A DNA stretch of 64,000 nucleotides from Actinomycetes bacterium (GCA_025363815.1 JANYLB010000025.1:1581-65580); one strand, 5' to 3'. Counted from the first letter of the stretch, positions 35,340 to 46,257 are shown. The notes: a model not told the origin generated them from the sequence alone. Numbers and translations: made by a program.

Positions 35340-37811
35340 TCAGACCGGAAGGGTCGCTCCGGGATGGTCGATCGTCGCTTCCGACCGGATGTCACGCGAC
35401 GACGCGCCTACTCGCACGGTGAACGTTCCCGGCTCCACGATCCACGCAGCTTCGCTCGAACCCGGACCGGCCCAGTACGCGAAGCAACGATCGCCGAGGG
35501 TGAAGTTGACGGTTCGTGACGCACCGGGATCGAGGGTGACCTTCTCGAAGGCGCGCAGCTCCTGTTCGGGCCGATCGACAGTGCTCTCCCCGTCTGCGAT
35601 GTAGCACTGGACAACCTCGGAGCCCCGCCGTGATCCGGTGTTCGTCAGCTCCACGGTTACCTCGATGCCGCCATCGGTGTCGGTGGCAACCCTCGCTTCG
35701 CCGTAATCGAACGTCGTGTAGGTCAGGCCGTGTCCGAAGCAGAAGCGGGGAGCGATGCCGCGGCTGTCGTAGCCGCGGTAACCCATGAAGACGCCCTCGC
35801 TGTACGCGACCCTGCCGTCGGCCCCGGGGTAGTCGGAGAACCCGGGCGAGTCTTCGAGGCGTTCCGGAATCGTCGTGGGGAGCCGACCTCCCGGTTCGAT
35901 CGCACCGGTGAGCACATCGGCGAGGGCGTGGCCCCATTCTTGGCCGGGAAGCCAGCACTGGAGCACCGACGAGACGGAACCGGCCCAGTCCATCGTGACG
36001 GGTGCGCCGGCATTGACGCAGACGATCGTGCGCGGGTTGACACCGCCAACCCCTCGGACCAGCGCCGCCTGGTCGCGCGGCAGATCCATGGACTCGCGGT
36101 CATGACCTTCGCTCTCCCAGTCGGGGCCGGTCCCGACGATGACAACCGCGACGTCGGCATCACGCGCCGTCGTGAGAGCGTGGTCGAATGCATCGGCCCG
36201 TTCGGGCGGCGACGCGCCGAGCGCGAAGCCACCGAGGATGCTCGTTCCCTTGGAGGAATACTCGATTGTCAGCGCGCGCTGCACTCCTGCTCGAAACGGA
36301 GCTGCGACGCGGATCTCCTCGCTCCCGAACCCGAAGAACGAATCACCGCTCGGCCGGTCATCCCACGCATCGACGACCACGTCGCCGTCGAGGCAGACCC
36401 GGCACGGCCCGACGGTCGTGAGGCCGAGCGTCCACTCTCCGTCTTCTTCCACCTCGAGAATCGCGCTTGCCCGGGCCGAGTAGCTGGAGCCGTCGAACGC
36501 GTCCGTCCAGTGACCCATCCAGATCTGACGGGTCGACGGGAGCGTCTCGGTGAGCACGACCGGTCCGGTGAAGTCGGTTGTGGCGAAGTACTCGAGGGTG
36601 ACGCCGAGATCCTCGGGAGTCGTGCGAACCATTCGTCGACCGTCGATGAGCGGAATCGTTCGGTTCGTCGCCGGACCGCGGGCGAAGCGCACGCTGGTGG
36701 CGCCGCCGAGAGCTTCTTGGAGGCCTTCCAGCGGCGTGACCGAGTAGTGCGGGGTGAGGGAGGCGCTGCCGCCACCCATGATCCACGCTTGGTCGGCTCC
36801 GGCACCGATCACGGCGATCGACGCCAGCTTCGAGGGATCGAGTGGGAGGAGGTCCGCCTCGTTGCGGAGCAGCACGAAGCCCGCGGCTGCGACCTCGCGC
36901 GCGAGCTCCCGGTGGGCGGGCTGGTCGACGGAGCGAGCTTCGTCGTTGCCGATGCCGGCGAGCGCGCCGGTGCGTTCACCCGCCTCGAGCACGTCGTGTG
37001 CCATCCGGTCGAGGACCGCCTCGGGCACCTCGCCGGCGGTGACGGCGGCGGTGAGCTTGGAGCCGAACCACTGTGGAGGTCCCGGCATCTCGAGCTCGAG
37101 CCCGGCGGTCGCTGCCGCGATCGTGCTGTGCGTGCCGAACCAGTCGGAAACGACGAGCCCGTCGAAGCCCCACTCCTCGCGCAGCACGGTGGTGAGCAGC
37201 CAGTGGTGCTCGCTGCAATAGGTGCCGTTGAGCCGGTTGTAGGCCGACATCACGCCCCAGGCGCCGGCCTCGCGCACCGCCGCCTCGAATGGCACCAGGT
37301 ACAGCTCGCGCAGCGTCCGCTCGTCGACCTCGGAGCTGATGGTCATGCGCTCGAACTCGGAGTCATTGGCAGCGAAGTGCTTCACGGTCACGCCGACGTC
37401 GTTCGATTGCACTCCCCGTATGAAACCGACGGCGAGGCGGGCGGTGAGGTGGGGATCTTCGGAGTAGCACTCGAAGTTGCGGCCGGCTAGCGGATGGCGG
37501 TGGAGGTTCACGGTGGGTGCGAGCAGCACGTGCGCGCCCTTGGTGCGGGCCTCTTCGCCCAGAGCGCGGCCGACCCGTTCGACCAGCTCCGGATCCCAGG
37601 TGGCGCCGAGCCCCGATCCGCAGGGCACGCACAACGCTCCCTGACCGGTCCAGCGCGGACCCCGCGCGCCGTTCGGTCCGTCGGTCACCCGCAGGCCGGG
37701 CACGTGCAGGCGGGCGACACCAGGCGTGTTCCACAGGTCGATACCGGCGACGAGCGCGGCCTTCTCCTCGAGGGTCGCGTCGCGCAGGATCGATTCGATG
37801 CGTTCGCTCAT
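35340..37811 (-). CDS. Glycoside hydrolase family 3 beta-glucosidase
   Basis: 823 aa with the GH3 N-terminal (VTDGPNGAR, KHFAANDSE, GLVVSDW) and C-terminal domains plus an inserted beta-sandwich region. Confidence 0.9.
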   Translation of the reverse strand: MSERIESILRDATLEEKAALVAGIDLWNTPGVARLHVPGLRVTDGPNGARGPRWTGQGALCVPCGSGLGATWDPELVERVGRALGEEARTKGAHVLLAPTVNLHRHPLAGRNFECYSEDPHLTARLAVGFIRGVQSNDVGVTVKHFAANDSEFERMTISSEVDERTLRELYLVPFEAAVREAGAWGVMSAYNRLNGTYCSEHHWLLTTVLREEWGFDGLVVSDWFGTHSTIAAATAGLELEMPGPPQWFGSKLTAAVTAGEVPEAVLDRMAHDVLEAGERTGALAGIGNDEARSVDQPAHRELAREVAAAGFVLLRNEADLLPLDPSKLASIAVIGAGADQAWIMGGGSASLTPHYSVTPLEGLQEALGGATSVRFARGPATNRTIPLIDGRRMVRTTPEDLGVTLEYFATTDFTGPVVLTETLPSTRQIWMGHWTDAFDGSSYSARASAILEVEEDGEWTLGLTTVGPCRVCLDGDVVVDAWDDRPSGDSFFGFGSEEIRVAAPFRAGVQRALTIEYSSKGTSILGGFALGASPPERADAFDHALTTARDADVAVVIVGTGPDWESEGHDRESMDLPRDQAALVRGVGGVNPRTIVCVNAGAPVTMDWAGSVSSVLQCWLPGQEWGHALADVLTGAIEPGGRLPTTIPERLEDSPGFSDYPGADGRVAYSEGVFMGYRGYDSRGIAPRFCFGHGLTYTTFDYGEARVATDTDGGIEVTVELTNTGSRRGSEVVQCYIADGESTVDRPEQELRAFEKVTLDPGASRTVNFTLGDRCFAYWAGPGSSEAAWIVEPGTFTVRVGASSRDIRSEATIDHPGATLPV

Positions 37812-37835
37812 GGCCGTGTTGCTAGCACCCCACCC

Positions 37836-37888
37836 CCGTTCTGGTCAGGTTCCGCTCGCCAGGAGCGGCGCGGAGATGACCAGAACGG
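37836..37888 (-). terminator. Nested stem-loop 4 nt downstream of the pckG stop (candidate factor-independent terminator or GH3 leader structure)
   Basis: A perfect 12-bp inverted repeat, CCGTTCTGGTCA (37836-37847) / TGACCAGAACGG (37877-37888), encloses a 6-bp inner hairpin CCGCTC/GAGCGG (37852-37868). There is no U-tract. Confidence 0.5.
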
Positions 37889-37892
37889 ATCT

Positions 37893-39704
37893 TTAGCTCA
37901 GGCGTTGCTCAAGCGCGGCGAGCTGATCGAGAAGCTCACCGGGCAGGCGGTCACCGAATTCGTCGAAGTGCTTGCGCGTGTTCACGATCTCGGAACGCCA
38001 CTCGCCTTCGTCGACCCTCAGGGCGGCGGCGACTGCGTCGGGCGAAGCGTCTAGCCCGTTGAGGTTCAGGTCGGCCTGGGTCGGGACGACGCCTATGGGT
38101 GTCTCCTGACCGTCGACCCGACCGTCGACCCGGTTGACTATCCACTCGAGCACCCGGGAGTTGTCGCTGTAACCGGGCCACAGGAACTTCCCGTCGTCGC
38201 CCTTGCGGAACCAGTTGACTCCGAAGATCCGGGGAAGCTTCGCGGCGTCGTGGGTCTCGGCGAGGCTCATCCAGTGACTGAAGTAGTCGGCCATGTTGTA
38301 GCCACAGAACGGAAGCATCGCGAACGGATCGTGACGCAGCTCACCGAGGCCGCCGATCGCAGCTGCGGTCTTCTCCGAGCCCATGGTGGCGCCGATGAAG
38401 ACACCATGGGCCCAGTCGCGTGACTCGTATACCAGCGGAACAGTGGTGGCCCGACGACCGCCGAAGAGGAACGCAGAGATCGGTACACCCTTAGGGTCCT
38501 CCCACTCGGGCGCGATCACCGGGCACTGCGAAGCGGGGGCGCAGAAGCGGGCGTTCGGGTGAGCGGCCGGGGCCTGCGACTCGGGTGCCCAGCTCTCGCG
38601 CCGCCAGTCGATGAGGTGGGCCGGCGCGGGGTCGTCGATTCCCTCCCACCAGATGTCGCCGTCGTCGGTGAGGGCCACATTGGTGAACACGGTGTTCTCG
38701 CGCAGCGTGTCCATGGCGTTGGCATTCGTCTTGCGGTTCGTGCCCGGGGCCACGCCGAAGATCCCGAACTCGGGATTGATGGCGTAGAGGCGGCCATCGG
38801 CACCGAACTTCATCCACGCGATGTCGTCGCCGATCATCTCCGCCTTCCACCCGGGGGTGGTGGGCACGAGCATGGCGAGGTTGGTCTTGCCGCACGCTGA
38901 TGGGAACGCGGCGGCGATGAAACGCTCGCGGCCGTCGGGCGCGGTGAGCTTGAGGATCAGCATGTGCTCGGCGAGCCAGCCTTCGTCGCGGGCGATCACC
39001 GACGCGATGCGCAGAGCGAAGCACTTCTTGCCGAGCAGCGCGTTGCCGCCGTAGCCGGACCCGAACGACCAGATCTCGCGCACCTCGGGGAAGTGCACGA
39101 TCCACTTCTCTTGCGCGTTGCAGGGCCAAGCCACGTCGGCGTCGCCCGGGGCGAGCGGAGCACCGAGTGAGTGCATGCACGGTACGAACTCGCCCTCGGG
39201 GCCGAGCACATCGAGCGCGGCCCGGCCCATGCGCGTCATCGTGCGCATGCTCACGACTACGTAGGGGGAGTCGGTGATCTCGACGCCGATGTACGACAGC
39301 GGTGAGCCGAGCGGGCCCATGCTGAAGGGCACGACGTACATCGTGCGCCCGCGCATGCAACCGGAGAAGAGGTCCAGGAGCTTGGCCCGCATTTCGGCCG
39401 GCGGCTTCCAGTTGTTCGTCGGACCGGCGTCGTCCTCGTTCTCTGCACAGATGAAGGTGCGATCCTCGACTCGGGCGACGTCGCTCGGATCGGAGGCGGC
39501 CCAGTACGAGTTCGGCCGCTTGGCTTCGTCGAGTGGCGTGAAGGTGCCGGCCTCGACGAGCTGTCGGCAGAGGAGTTCAGCTTCGGCTTCGCTGCCGTCA
39601 CACCAATGGATACGGGCGGGCTCGCACAGCGTGGCCATCTTCTCGACCCACAAGGTCAGGCGCTCGTTCGTGGTGGGCTGGGCGGTGTCGACGCTGGCCG
39701 TCAC
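37893..39704 (-). CDS. pckG: Phosphoenolpyruvate carboxykinase (GTP)
   Basis: ORF 37893..39827 with the start at GTG 39704 ([16 protein letters not shown]). GTP-PEPCK motifs are FPSACGKTN and WMKFG. Confidence 0.95.
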   Translation of the reverse strand: MTASVDTAQPTTNERLTLWVEKMATLCEPARIHWCDGSEAEAELLCRQLVEAGTFTPLDEAKRPNSYWAASDPSDVARVEDRTFICAENEDDAGPTNNWKPPAEMRAKLLDLFSGCMRGRTMYVVPFSMGPLGSPLSYIGVEITDSPYVVVSMRTMTRMGRAALDVLGPEGEFVPCMHSLGAPLAPGDADVAWPCNAQEKWIVHFPEVREIWSFGSGYGGNALLGKKCFALRIASVIARDEGWLAEHMLILKLTAPDGRERFIAAAFPSACGKTNLAMLVPTTPGWKAEMIGDDIAWMKFGADGRLYAINPEFGIFGVAPGTNRKTNANAMDTLRENTVFTNVALTDDGDIWWEGIDDPAPAHLIDWRRESWAPESQAPAAHPNARFCAPASQCPVIAPEWEDPKGVPISAFLFGGRRATTVPLVYESRDWAHGVFIGATMGSEKTAAAIGGLGELRHDPFAMLPFCGYNMADYFSHWMSLAETHDAAKLPRIFGVNWFRKGDDGKFLWPGYSDNSRVLEWIVNRVDGRVDGQETPIGVVPTQADLNLNGLDASPDAVAAALRVDEGEWRSEIVNTRKHFDEFGDRLPGELLDQLAALEQRLS

Positions 39705-39825
39705 GATTCGACGCTCCTTGTCCTTCCCGCCGGCCGATCGAACGTCGACCGCCACCCGACGGGCGAAATGGTCCGAGGAGCCTAACGGGACGAACCGAGA
39801 GCAGCCGAACCGAGGTGCCCTGCGC

Positions 39826-39851
39826 ATCGGGCCGCGCCGGACGGGCCCGAT
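39826..39851 (-). terminator. Hairpin immediately after the stop of the small ORF downstream of rpmB
   Basis: ATCGGGCC (39826-39833) / GGCCCGAT (39844-39851): an 8-bp perfect stem with a 10-nt loop. Confidence 0.45.
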
Positions 39852-40076
39852 TTAGATGTCGCCCGAGTAACCCATGTCGATCTCGGCTCCGATGCGGACC
39901 CGGGTGGCGCGGCCGGCATCGTCAAGGTCGAAGTTCACCCGTTGACCCTGGCGGAGCATCCTGAAGATGGACTGCTCCAGCGCGTCGGCGGCCAGGGTGA
40001 AATCGGTCCGGTCTCGGTCGGAGAGGATGACGCCTTCACCAGACAGCGGATCGAACGCACGCACGACGCCCTGCAC
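39852..40076 (-). CDS. Hypothetical small protein (possible OB/cold-shock-like fold) co-transcribed with rpmB
   Basis: ORF 39852..40133 with the start at GTG 40076, 10 nt after the rpmB stop. The pattern VQGVVRAFDPLSGEGVILSD...GQRVNFDL is CSD-like but lacks RNP motifs. Confidence 0.4.
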   Translation of the reverse strand: MQGVVRAFDPLSGEGVILSDRDRTDFTLAADALEQSIFRMLRQGQRVNFDLDDAGRATRVRIGAEIDMGYSGDI

Positions 40077-40086
40077 AGCGGGTCGC

Positions 40087-40275
40087 CTACGGCTTCTGGA
40101 CCTTGCCGGCCTTGAGGCAGCCGGTGCAGGCATGGATCCGACGAGGAGATCCGTTCACGATGGCGCGGACGCGCTGCACGTTCGGGTTCCAGCGTCGATT
40201 GGTCCGACGGTGGGAGTGGCTCAGGCGCTTGCCGAACTGCGGGTGCTTGCCGCAGACGTCGCAGACAGATGCCAT
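40087..40275 (-). CDS. rpmB: 50S ribosomal protein L28
   Basis: MASVCDVCGKHPQFGKRLSHSHRRTNRRWNPNVQRVR. Confidence 0.95.
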   Translation of the reverse strand: MASVCDVCGKHPQFGKRLSHSHRRTNRRWNPNVQRVRAIVNGSPRRIHACTGCLKAGKVQKP

Positions 40276-40450
40276 TACACGGACCTCTCGGGTGACTCGA
40301 AGGTTCAGGACACTCCGGGGCATGAGGAGCCCACGGGAGGAACAAACAAGAGTAGCAGGCAGGTCCCGCTCTGCCCGGCCCGCCCGTTACGATCAGCCAG
40401 GCAGTAGTGAGCGGCCGGTTCCCTACCCGCCGGACCAACCCGACCGACGA

Positions 40451-42127
40451 GTGAGCGGAGCGATCTCAGACGTGCCCAACCTCGAGCGGCTCGCCGCCTC
40501 CGATGTTGCCCAGGTCGTCGTCAGGTTTCGCGACGCGCTCCGGTCCCACCAAGAGACACTCAACCGGCTGAACGTCTACCCGGTTCCCGATGGCGACACG
40601 GGGACCAACATGGCCCTGACGCTCGAATCGGTGTGCGCTGAGCTCGGTGACGCCCACCGGATGCCCGATGCCCACATGCCCGACGTGTGCCGGGCCGTTG
40701 CCCACGGATCACTGATGGGGGCACGGGGCAACTCCGGTGTGATCCTCTCCCAGGTGCTCCGCGGGCTCGCCGACACGTTCTCGCCGCTCGAGAGCGTCGG
40801 TGGAGCCGACATCGCGACCGGCCTGCGCAGGGCCGCCGACGCGGCCTACGCCGCCGTGCTCCGACCGATCGAGGGCACCATTCTCACCGTGGTGCGGGAG
40901 TCGGCGGAAGCCGCTGAACGGTATCGCGACGCAGGCGAGATCGCGCTCGACGGATTGCTCGAAGCCGTGCGGATCGCCGCCGACGCAGCGGTCCTGCACA
41001 CCCCCGAGCTGCTGCCGGTGCTGAAGGAGGCCGGCGTCGTCGATGCCGGAGGTCGTGGTTTCACCCTCCTCCTCGACGCGATGCTCGAGGTCGTGTCCGG
41101 GCGCCCCATTCCCGAGCCCCAGATCGTTGCGACGCCGCGCTCGGTGCAGGCTCACCGCGAGATCGAGCCGGGCGCCGATCTCCGCTACGAGGTGATGTAT
41201 CTCCTAGAAGCCGAGGACTCGACCATCCCGGGGTTCAAGGAGGCGTGGGGCTCGATCGGGGACTCGATCGTGGTCGTGGGCGGCGAGCGCACCTGGAACT
41301 GCCATGTCCACACCGACGACATCGGCGCCGCGGTCGAAGCCGGGATCGACGCGGGGCGCCCGTACAAGATCCGGGTCACCGATCTGGCCGAACAGGTCGA
41401 GCGCCTCGAGGAAGAGGACTGGGTCCGCCAGCACTCGGGCGGATCGGTCCCGACCGAGCCCTCGAAGCTGGTGACGACCGCGGTCGTCGCTGTTGGTGTG
41501 GGTGACGGCATCCGTCGCCTGTTGTCGAGCCTCGGAGTCCAACAGCTGGTTGCCGGTGGTCAGTCGATGAACCCGTCGACCGCGCAGATTCTCGAAGCCG
41601 TCGAGGCGTGCCCCGCCGATTCGGTGATCGTGCTCCCGAACAACACCAACATCGTCCCGGTCGCGAGCAAGGTCGCCGATCTGACGACGAAGCGCATCGC
41701 CGTGATACCGACGCTCGCGGTGATCGAGGGCCTAGCGGCGCTCATCGTCTATGACCCCGACGCCCCGATCGACACGAACGTGGCCGCAATGGAGGAAGCG
41801 GTCGCGAGGGTGAATTGCGGAGCGGTGACCCAGGCCGTGCGCGACAGCGTCGCGGAGTGCGGCCGCATCACAGCGGGTGATTGGCTGTCGATCGATCGAG
41901 ACGGGATCCAGGCCTCGGTGAAGTCGCCGTTCGACGCTGCTCGCGCGCTCCTCGACTCGCTCATAGACGACGACCGTGAGCTGGTCACAGTGATCATTGG
42001 CGTCGACGCGCCGCCGGCCGACACGGCGCGTATCACTGAATACGTCGCCGACCATTTCCCGCAGATCGAGATTGAGGTGCACCACGGCGGCCAGCCGCTG
42101 TACCCGTATCTCATCGGGGTGGAGTAG
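40451..42127 (+). CDS. DAK2 domain fusion protein (YloV-like)
   Basis: ORF 40103..42127 with the start at GTG 40451. It has LNVYPVPDGDTGTNM and a C-terminal DegV-like region. It sits in the conserved position upstream of recG. Confidence 0.85.
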   Translation: MSGAISDVPNLERLAASDVAQVVVRFRDALRSHQETLNRLNVYPVPDGDTGTNMALTLESVCAELGDAHRMPDAHMPDVCRAVAHGSLMGARGNSGVILSQVLRGLADTFSPLESVGGADIATGLRRAADAAYAAVLRPIEGTILTVVRESAEAAERYRDAGEIALDGLLEAVRIAADAAVLHTPELLPVLKEAGVVDAGGRGFTLLLDAMLEVVSGRPIPEPQIVATPRSVQAHREIEPGADLRYEVMYLLEAEDSTIPGFKEAWGSIGDSIVVVGGERTWNCHVHTDDIGAAVEAGIDAGRPYKIRVTDLAEQVERLEEEDWVRQHSGGSVPTEPSKLVTTAVVAVGVGDGIRRLLSSLGVQQLVAGGQSMNPSTAQILEAVEACPADSVIVLPNNTNIVPVASKVADLTTKRIAVIPTLAVIEGLAALIVYDPDAPIDTNVAAMEEAVARVNCGAVTQAVRDSVAECGRITAGDWLSIDRDGIQASVKSPFDAARALLDSLIDDDRELVTVIIGVDAPPADTARITEYVADHFPQIEIEVHHGGQPLYPYLIGVE

Positions 42128-42144
42128 CGACGGGCACGCTCACG

Positions 42145-44265
42145 TTGCGCGATCTCGGGTCGGTGCCGGTGTCGAAGCTCGGCATCACGCCGAAGCTGGC
42201 CGGGCGGCTCTCGCTCATGGGTCTCAATAGCGTGCTCGACGTGCTCCAGCATTACCCGCGCCGCTACCACGACCGAACGGTACGGGCCGAGATCGCGGAG
42301 CTCGAGATCGGTCAAGAGGCGACCGTCTTCGCCGAGGTCCGACGTATAGCGAGCCGCCGAAGCCGCCAGGGCCGGGCGATCATCGACGCGGCCGTGTACG
42401 ACGGCACCTCGTTGCTGAACGTCGTGTTCTTCAACCAGGCGTGGCGCGAACGCCAGCTTCCCGTCGGCACCGAGGCCGCATTCTTCGGCAAGGTCGAGGC
42501 CTACAAGGGCAAGCGCCAGCTCACCAACCCGGTTGTCGACGTGCTCGCCAAGTTGGGCGAGAACACCGGCACCGTTGTTGGCGTGTATCCGCAATCGGGC
42601 AAGGCCGACGTCTTCACCTGGCAGCTCCGCAAGATCGTGGCGACCGCGCTGGAGTGGGTACAAGCGAACGGCGGGCTCGCGGATCCGCTCGACGGATCGA
42701 TTCGCCGCGAGCTGAAGCTGATGAACCGCGAGTGGTCGATCGAGAAGGTGCACCGGCCGGCCGATCTCGACGAGTCACGGCGGGCGCGCCGACGGTTGCG
42801 GTTCGAGGAGTTCCTCCGCATGCAGATAGGGCTCGTCGGGCGAAAACGCGCGATCGCCGAGCAGCAGGGAATCCGACATACGGTCGAAGGCGATCTCGTT
42901 TCCGAGTTCCACGCCGGCCTTCCGTTTCCGCTCACCGGTGACCAGCATCGCACGATCGACGAGATCCTCGCCGATATGGCATCGGACGCCCCGATGCACC
43001 GCTTGCTTCAGGGCGACGTCGGTTCGGGCAAGACGGTCGTCGCATTCACGGCGCTCCTAGCCGCGGTCCAGGGTGGGTACCAGGGTGCGTTGATGGCTCC
43101 GACAGAGGTCCTCGCCGAGCAGCACTACCTTTCGAGCTCATCGCTCCTGGCGGGGTTGACTGTCCGGTCCGAGGGGACGCTCACCGGGGAGCGGCCGGTG
43201 ACGACGCGCCTGCTCACGAACCGCACACCCGCATCGGAACGCCGAAGGCTGGTGGTCGAGCTCGAGGCAGGGGAGTGCGATCTGATCATCGGGACCCACG
43301 CCTTGCTCTATGGCGACGCGCCGATCAAGCGGCTCGGGCTCGTCGTGATCGACGAGCAGCACCGCTTTGGTGTCGAACAGCGGGCGCTACTGAGAGCTCG
43401 TGGAGGCGACGGCGCGCCGGTGCCGGATGTGCTCGTGATGACCGCGACGCCAATTCCACGTACCGCGGCCTTCCTGATCTACGGAGACCTCGACAAGAGC
43501 GAGCTTCGGGAGATGCCGCCCGGCCGCGCCCCGGTTACAACAGAGTGGATCGGCCCCGACCCAGTCGCGCGTGAGCGCGCCTACCAGCTCATACGCGACG
43601 AAGTCATGGCCGGCCGGCAAGCCTTCGTGGTCTGTCCGTTGGTCGAAGGATCGCCCCGCATCGAGGCGAAGGACGCCACCACCGAGTACGAACGCCTCGC
43701 CGCCGAGGAGCTCTCCGGCCTCCGGCTCGGCTTGCTCCACGGACAGATGAAGGCACCCGACAAGGAAGCTGCGATGGCCGGCTTTCGGGCCGGTGAGATC
43801 GACGTGCTCGTCGCGACGACGGTGATAGAGGTCGGAGTCGACGTACCCAACGCGACTGTGATGATCGTCGACGGCGCCGAGCGCTTCGGGCTCTCCCAAC
43901 TTCACCAGCTGCACGGTCGCGTTGGGCGTGGCGGTGGCAGCTCGTGGTGCTTCCTCTTCGGCGATCCCACGACGCCCGACGGCGAAGCGCGGCTGCAGGC
44001 CATGTCCGACAGCACCGACGGGTTCCTGCTGGCCGAGCGTGACCTCGAGATCCGCGGCGCAGGTGAGGTGTTCGGCGAGAAGCAGGCCGGTTTCGGAGAC
44101 CTGAAGCTCGGCCGGATCCCGCGGGACGCGCGCTACGTCGAGTGGGCCCGCAAGGTCGCCGAGGAGATCCTCGATGACGATCCCGAACTCGCCCGGCACA
44201 CGCCGTTGCGCGAGGAGGTCGAAGACCTCCTGGGCGACGACGTCGAGTTCCTCTTCAAGAGCTGA
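42145..44265 (+). CDS. recG: ATP-dependent DNA helicase RecG
   Basis: Wedge/OB domain, Walker A GDVGSGKT, DEQHRFGV, and helicase C motifs. Confidence 0.95.
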   Translation: MRDLGSVPVSKLGITPKLAGRLSLMGLNSVLDVLQHYPRRYHDRTVRAEIAELEIGQEATVFAEVRRIASRRSRQGRAIIDAAVYDGTSLLNVVFFNQAWRERQLPVGTEAAFFGKVEAYKGKRQLTNPVVDVLAKLGENTGTVVGVYPQSGKADVFTWQLRKIVATALEWVQANGGLADPLDGSIRRELKLMNREWSIEKVHRPADLDESRRARRRLRFEEFLRMQIGLVGRKRAIAEQQGIRHTVEGDLVSEFHAGLPFPLTGDQHRTIDEILADMASDAPMHRLLQGDVGSGKTVVAFTALLAAVQGGYQGALMAPTEVLAEQHYLSSSSLLAGLTVRSEGTLTGERPVTTRLLTNRTPASERRRLVVELEAGECDLIIGTHALLYGDAPIKRLGLVVIDEQHRFGVEQRALLRARGGDGAPVPDVLVMTATPIPRTAAFLIYGDLDKSELREMPPGRAPVTTEWIGPDPVARERAYQLIRDEVMAGRQAFVVCPLVEGSPRIEAKDATTEYERLAAEELSGLRLGLLHGQMKAPDKEAAMAGFRAGEIDVLVATTVIEVGVDVPNATVMIVDGAERFGLSQLHQLHGRVGRGGGSSWCFLFGDPTTPDGEARLQAMSDSTDGFLLAERDLEIRGAGEVFGEKQAGFGDLKLGRIPRDARYVEWARKVAEEILDDDPELARHTPLREEVEDLLGDDVEFLFKS

Positions 44266-44466
44266 GCGGGACTTCGCCTCGCGGCGGTGCGAAGGAAGCT
44301 GTCACAGGCCCGTGCGATCCTGACGCGGACCCCGACGCCCACCAAGCCAAGCGCTTCCCCGATACCGCCCGTCTGTGTATCTCGGTTTCATCGACGGAGC
44401 GTCGCGGCAGGCGCCTCGGTAGCGTGCCGCGCGAGCATGGGCCTCGGTGGCGGCCGGAGCGTGTGC

Positions 44467-45030
44467 ATGCGGGTGATCGCGGGAGAGGTCGGCGGGCTCC
44501 GGCTCGTCGCGCCCAAGGGTGACCGCACGCGGCCGACCGCCGACAGGGTGAAGGAGTCGTTGTTCTCGGCCCTCGGCGGCCGGGTCGACGGGGCTGTAGT
44601 GCTCGATCTGTATGCAGGAAGTGGCGCGCTCGCGATCGAGGCGCTCTCGCGTGGGGCGCGCTCGGCGGTGCTCGTCGACCGTGCTCATCCGGCGACCGTT
44701 GCTATCAGGGCGAATCTCTCGACGACCCGGATGATCGATCGCGCCAGGGTCGTGCGGCGCAGCGTCGAGGCTCTGCTCCGGGACCAGCCGCCACCCGAAG
44801 CGCCGTTCGATCTCGCGTTCCTCGATCCCCCATACGGACAGCCGATCGGCGGGCTCGCAATGGCCCTCGGGGTGCTTGGAGAGTCGCCATGGTCGGCACC
44901 CGAGGCCAGGATCGTGGTCGAACGAGCGCCCGATACCGCGCCGCCGCCGTGGCCGTCTGGATGGGATGTGACGTGGGAACGGGTCTCGGGCGGTACGATC
45001 GTCTCCGTCCTCGCGCGCCTCGCGCCCTGA
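44467..45030 (+). CDS. rsmD: 16S rRNA (guanine966-N2)-methyltransferase
   Basis: ORF 44287..45030 with the start at the internal Met (MRVIAGEVGG..RPTADRVKESLFSAL). It has the FLDPPY motif. Confidence 0.9.
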   Translation: MRVIAGEVGGLRLVAPKGDRTRPTADRVKESLFSALGGRVDGAVVLDLYAGSGALAIEALSRGARSAVLVDRAHPATVAIRANLSTTRMIDRARVVRRSVEALLRDQPPPEAPFDLAFLDPPYGQPIGGLAMALGVLGESPWSAPEARIVVERAPDTAPPPWPSGWDVTWERVSGGTIVSVLARLAP

Positions 45031-45047
45031 ACAGGAGACTCCACCGC

Positions 45048-45536
45048 GTGTCCATTGCCCTGTGCCCGGGGTCATTCGATCCGGTCACGTTCGGTCACCT
45101 AGACATCATCGAGCGTTCTTCGCGTCAGTTCGACGACGTCATCGTGGCCGTGATTCGGAACCCTCAAAAGGCCCAGTCGCTCTTCACTCTCGACGAGCGC
45201 CAGCAGATGCTGCGCGATGTAACTGCGCACCTGCCCAACATCCAGATCGAGTTCTTCAAGGGCTTGCTCGTCGACTTCGCTCGTGACCACGGCGCCAACG
45301 CGATCGTGAAAGGCCTACGTGCGGTCTCCGACTTCGATTACGAGCTCCAGATGGCCCAGATGAACCAGCGCCTCTCTGGCATCGAGACCTTCTTCATCTC
45401 GACGAGCCCGCAGCACTCGTTCCTCTCGTCGAGCCTGGTGCGAGAAGTCGCGCGCTTCGGTGGCGACGTCTCGAGCATGGTTCCGCCACTCGTCGCCAAA
45501 CGGCTGAACGAGCGGTTCTTAGAGGGAGAACGATGA
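45048..45536 (+). CDS. coaD: Pantetheine-phosphate adenylyltransferase
   Basis: Start at GTG 45048. Motifs CPGSFDPVTFGHLDII and the ISSS region. Confidence 0.95.
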   Translation: MSIALCPGSFDPVTFGHLDIIERSSRQFDDVIVAVIRNPQKAQSLFTLDERQQMLRDVTAHLPNIQIEFFKGLLVDFARDHGANAIVKGLRAVSDFDYELQMAQMNQRLSGIETFFISTSPQHSFLSSSLVREVARFGGDVSSMVPPLVAKRLNERFLEGER

Positions 45537-46099
45537 CCGACGTCGAGTACCCCGAGACCGACCCTCTCGACACCGAGTATCACCCCGACACCGAGGCGGC
45601 GCTGCTCCAGGCGCGCGAGCTGGTGGAGTCAGGACGGTCGATGCCGATGTCGGCATCGGTGCTCGTGAACAAAGACGAAGTTCTGGCATTCGTCGAAGAG
45701 GCGCTGGAGGGTCTGCCCGAGGAGCTGCGGCGGGCCCGCTGGCTGCTCAAGGAGCGGGAGGAGTTCCTGGCCCAGGCCCGCCGGGAATCCGACGAGATCG
45801 TCGAAGCCGGCCGCATCCAGGCCGAGCGCATGGTCGAGCGGAGCGAGGTCGTTCGGGAGGCCCGTCGGCGCTCCGAGACGGTCATCGACGACGCGGAGGC
45901 CTCGGCTCGGGCACTCCAGCACGAGGCCGAGGACTACGTCGACCAGAAGCTCGCGTCCTTCGAGGTGGTTCTCGAGCGCACGATGCAGGCGGTGCAGAAG
46001 GGCCGGGAGCGTCTCCAGGTCGTGGTCGATCTGCCCGATGCCGAGGACGAGGAAGACCAGTCCGGCGAAAGCGCCTTCTTCGACCAGGACCAGCCCTAA
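45533..46099 (+). CDS. Coiled-coil protein (DivIVA/ATP-synthase-B-like; same position as mycobacterial SepIVA-type gene)
   Basis: ATGA overlap with coaD. It has a long charged heptad-like region and sits upstream of DUF177/rpmF as in other actinobacteria. Confidence 0.55.
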   Translation: MTDVEYPETDPLDTEYHPDTEAALLQARELVESGRSMPMSASVLVNKDEVLAFVEEALEGLPEELRRARWLLKEREEFLAQARRESDEIVEAGRIQAERMVERSEVVREARRRSETVIDDAEASARALQHEAEDYVDQKLASFEVVLERTMQAVQKGRERLQVVVDLPDAEDEEDQSGESAFFDQDQP

Positions 46100-46257
46100 G
46101 CCCCCAACCGGCTTCGAGCAATCCAGATCCTGGGAAATGCTGCTGAACTGCTACGATGGCCTGTCGACGCGCCCCGCGCGGCCCGGTCAACGCCGCGGCC
46201 ATCCGCTTGTTTCGCCCACCTTGTCGTGGGCTGCCGCCTGAAGGCGATGAACCCCGT

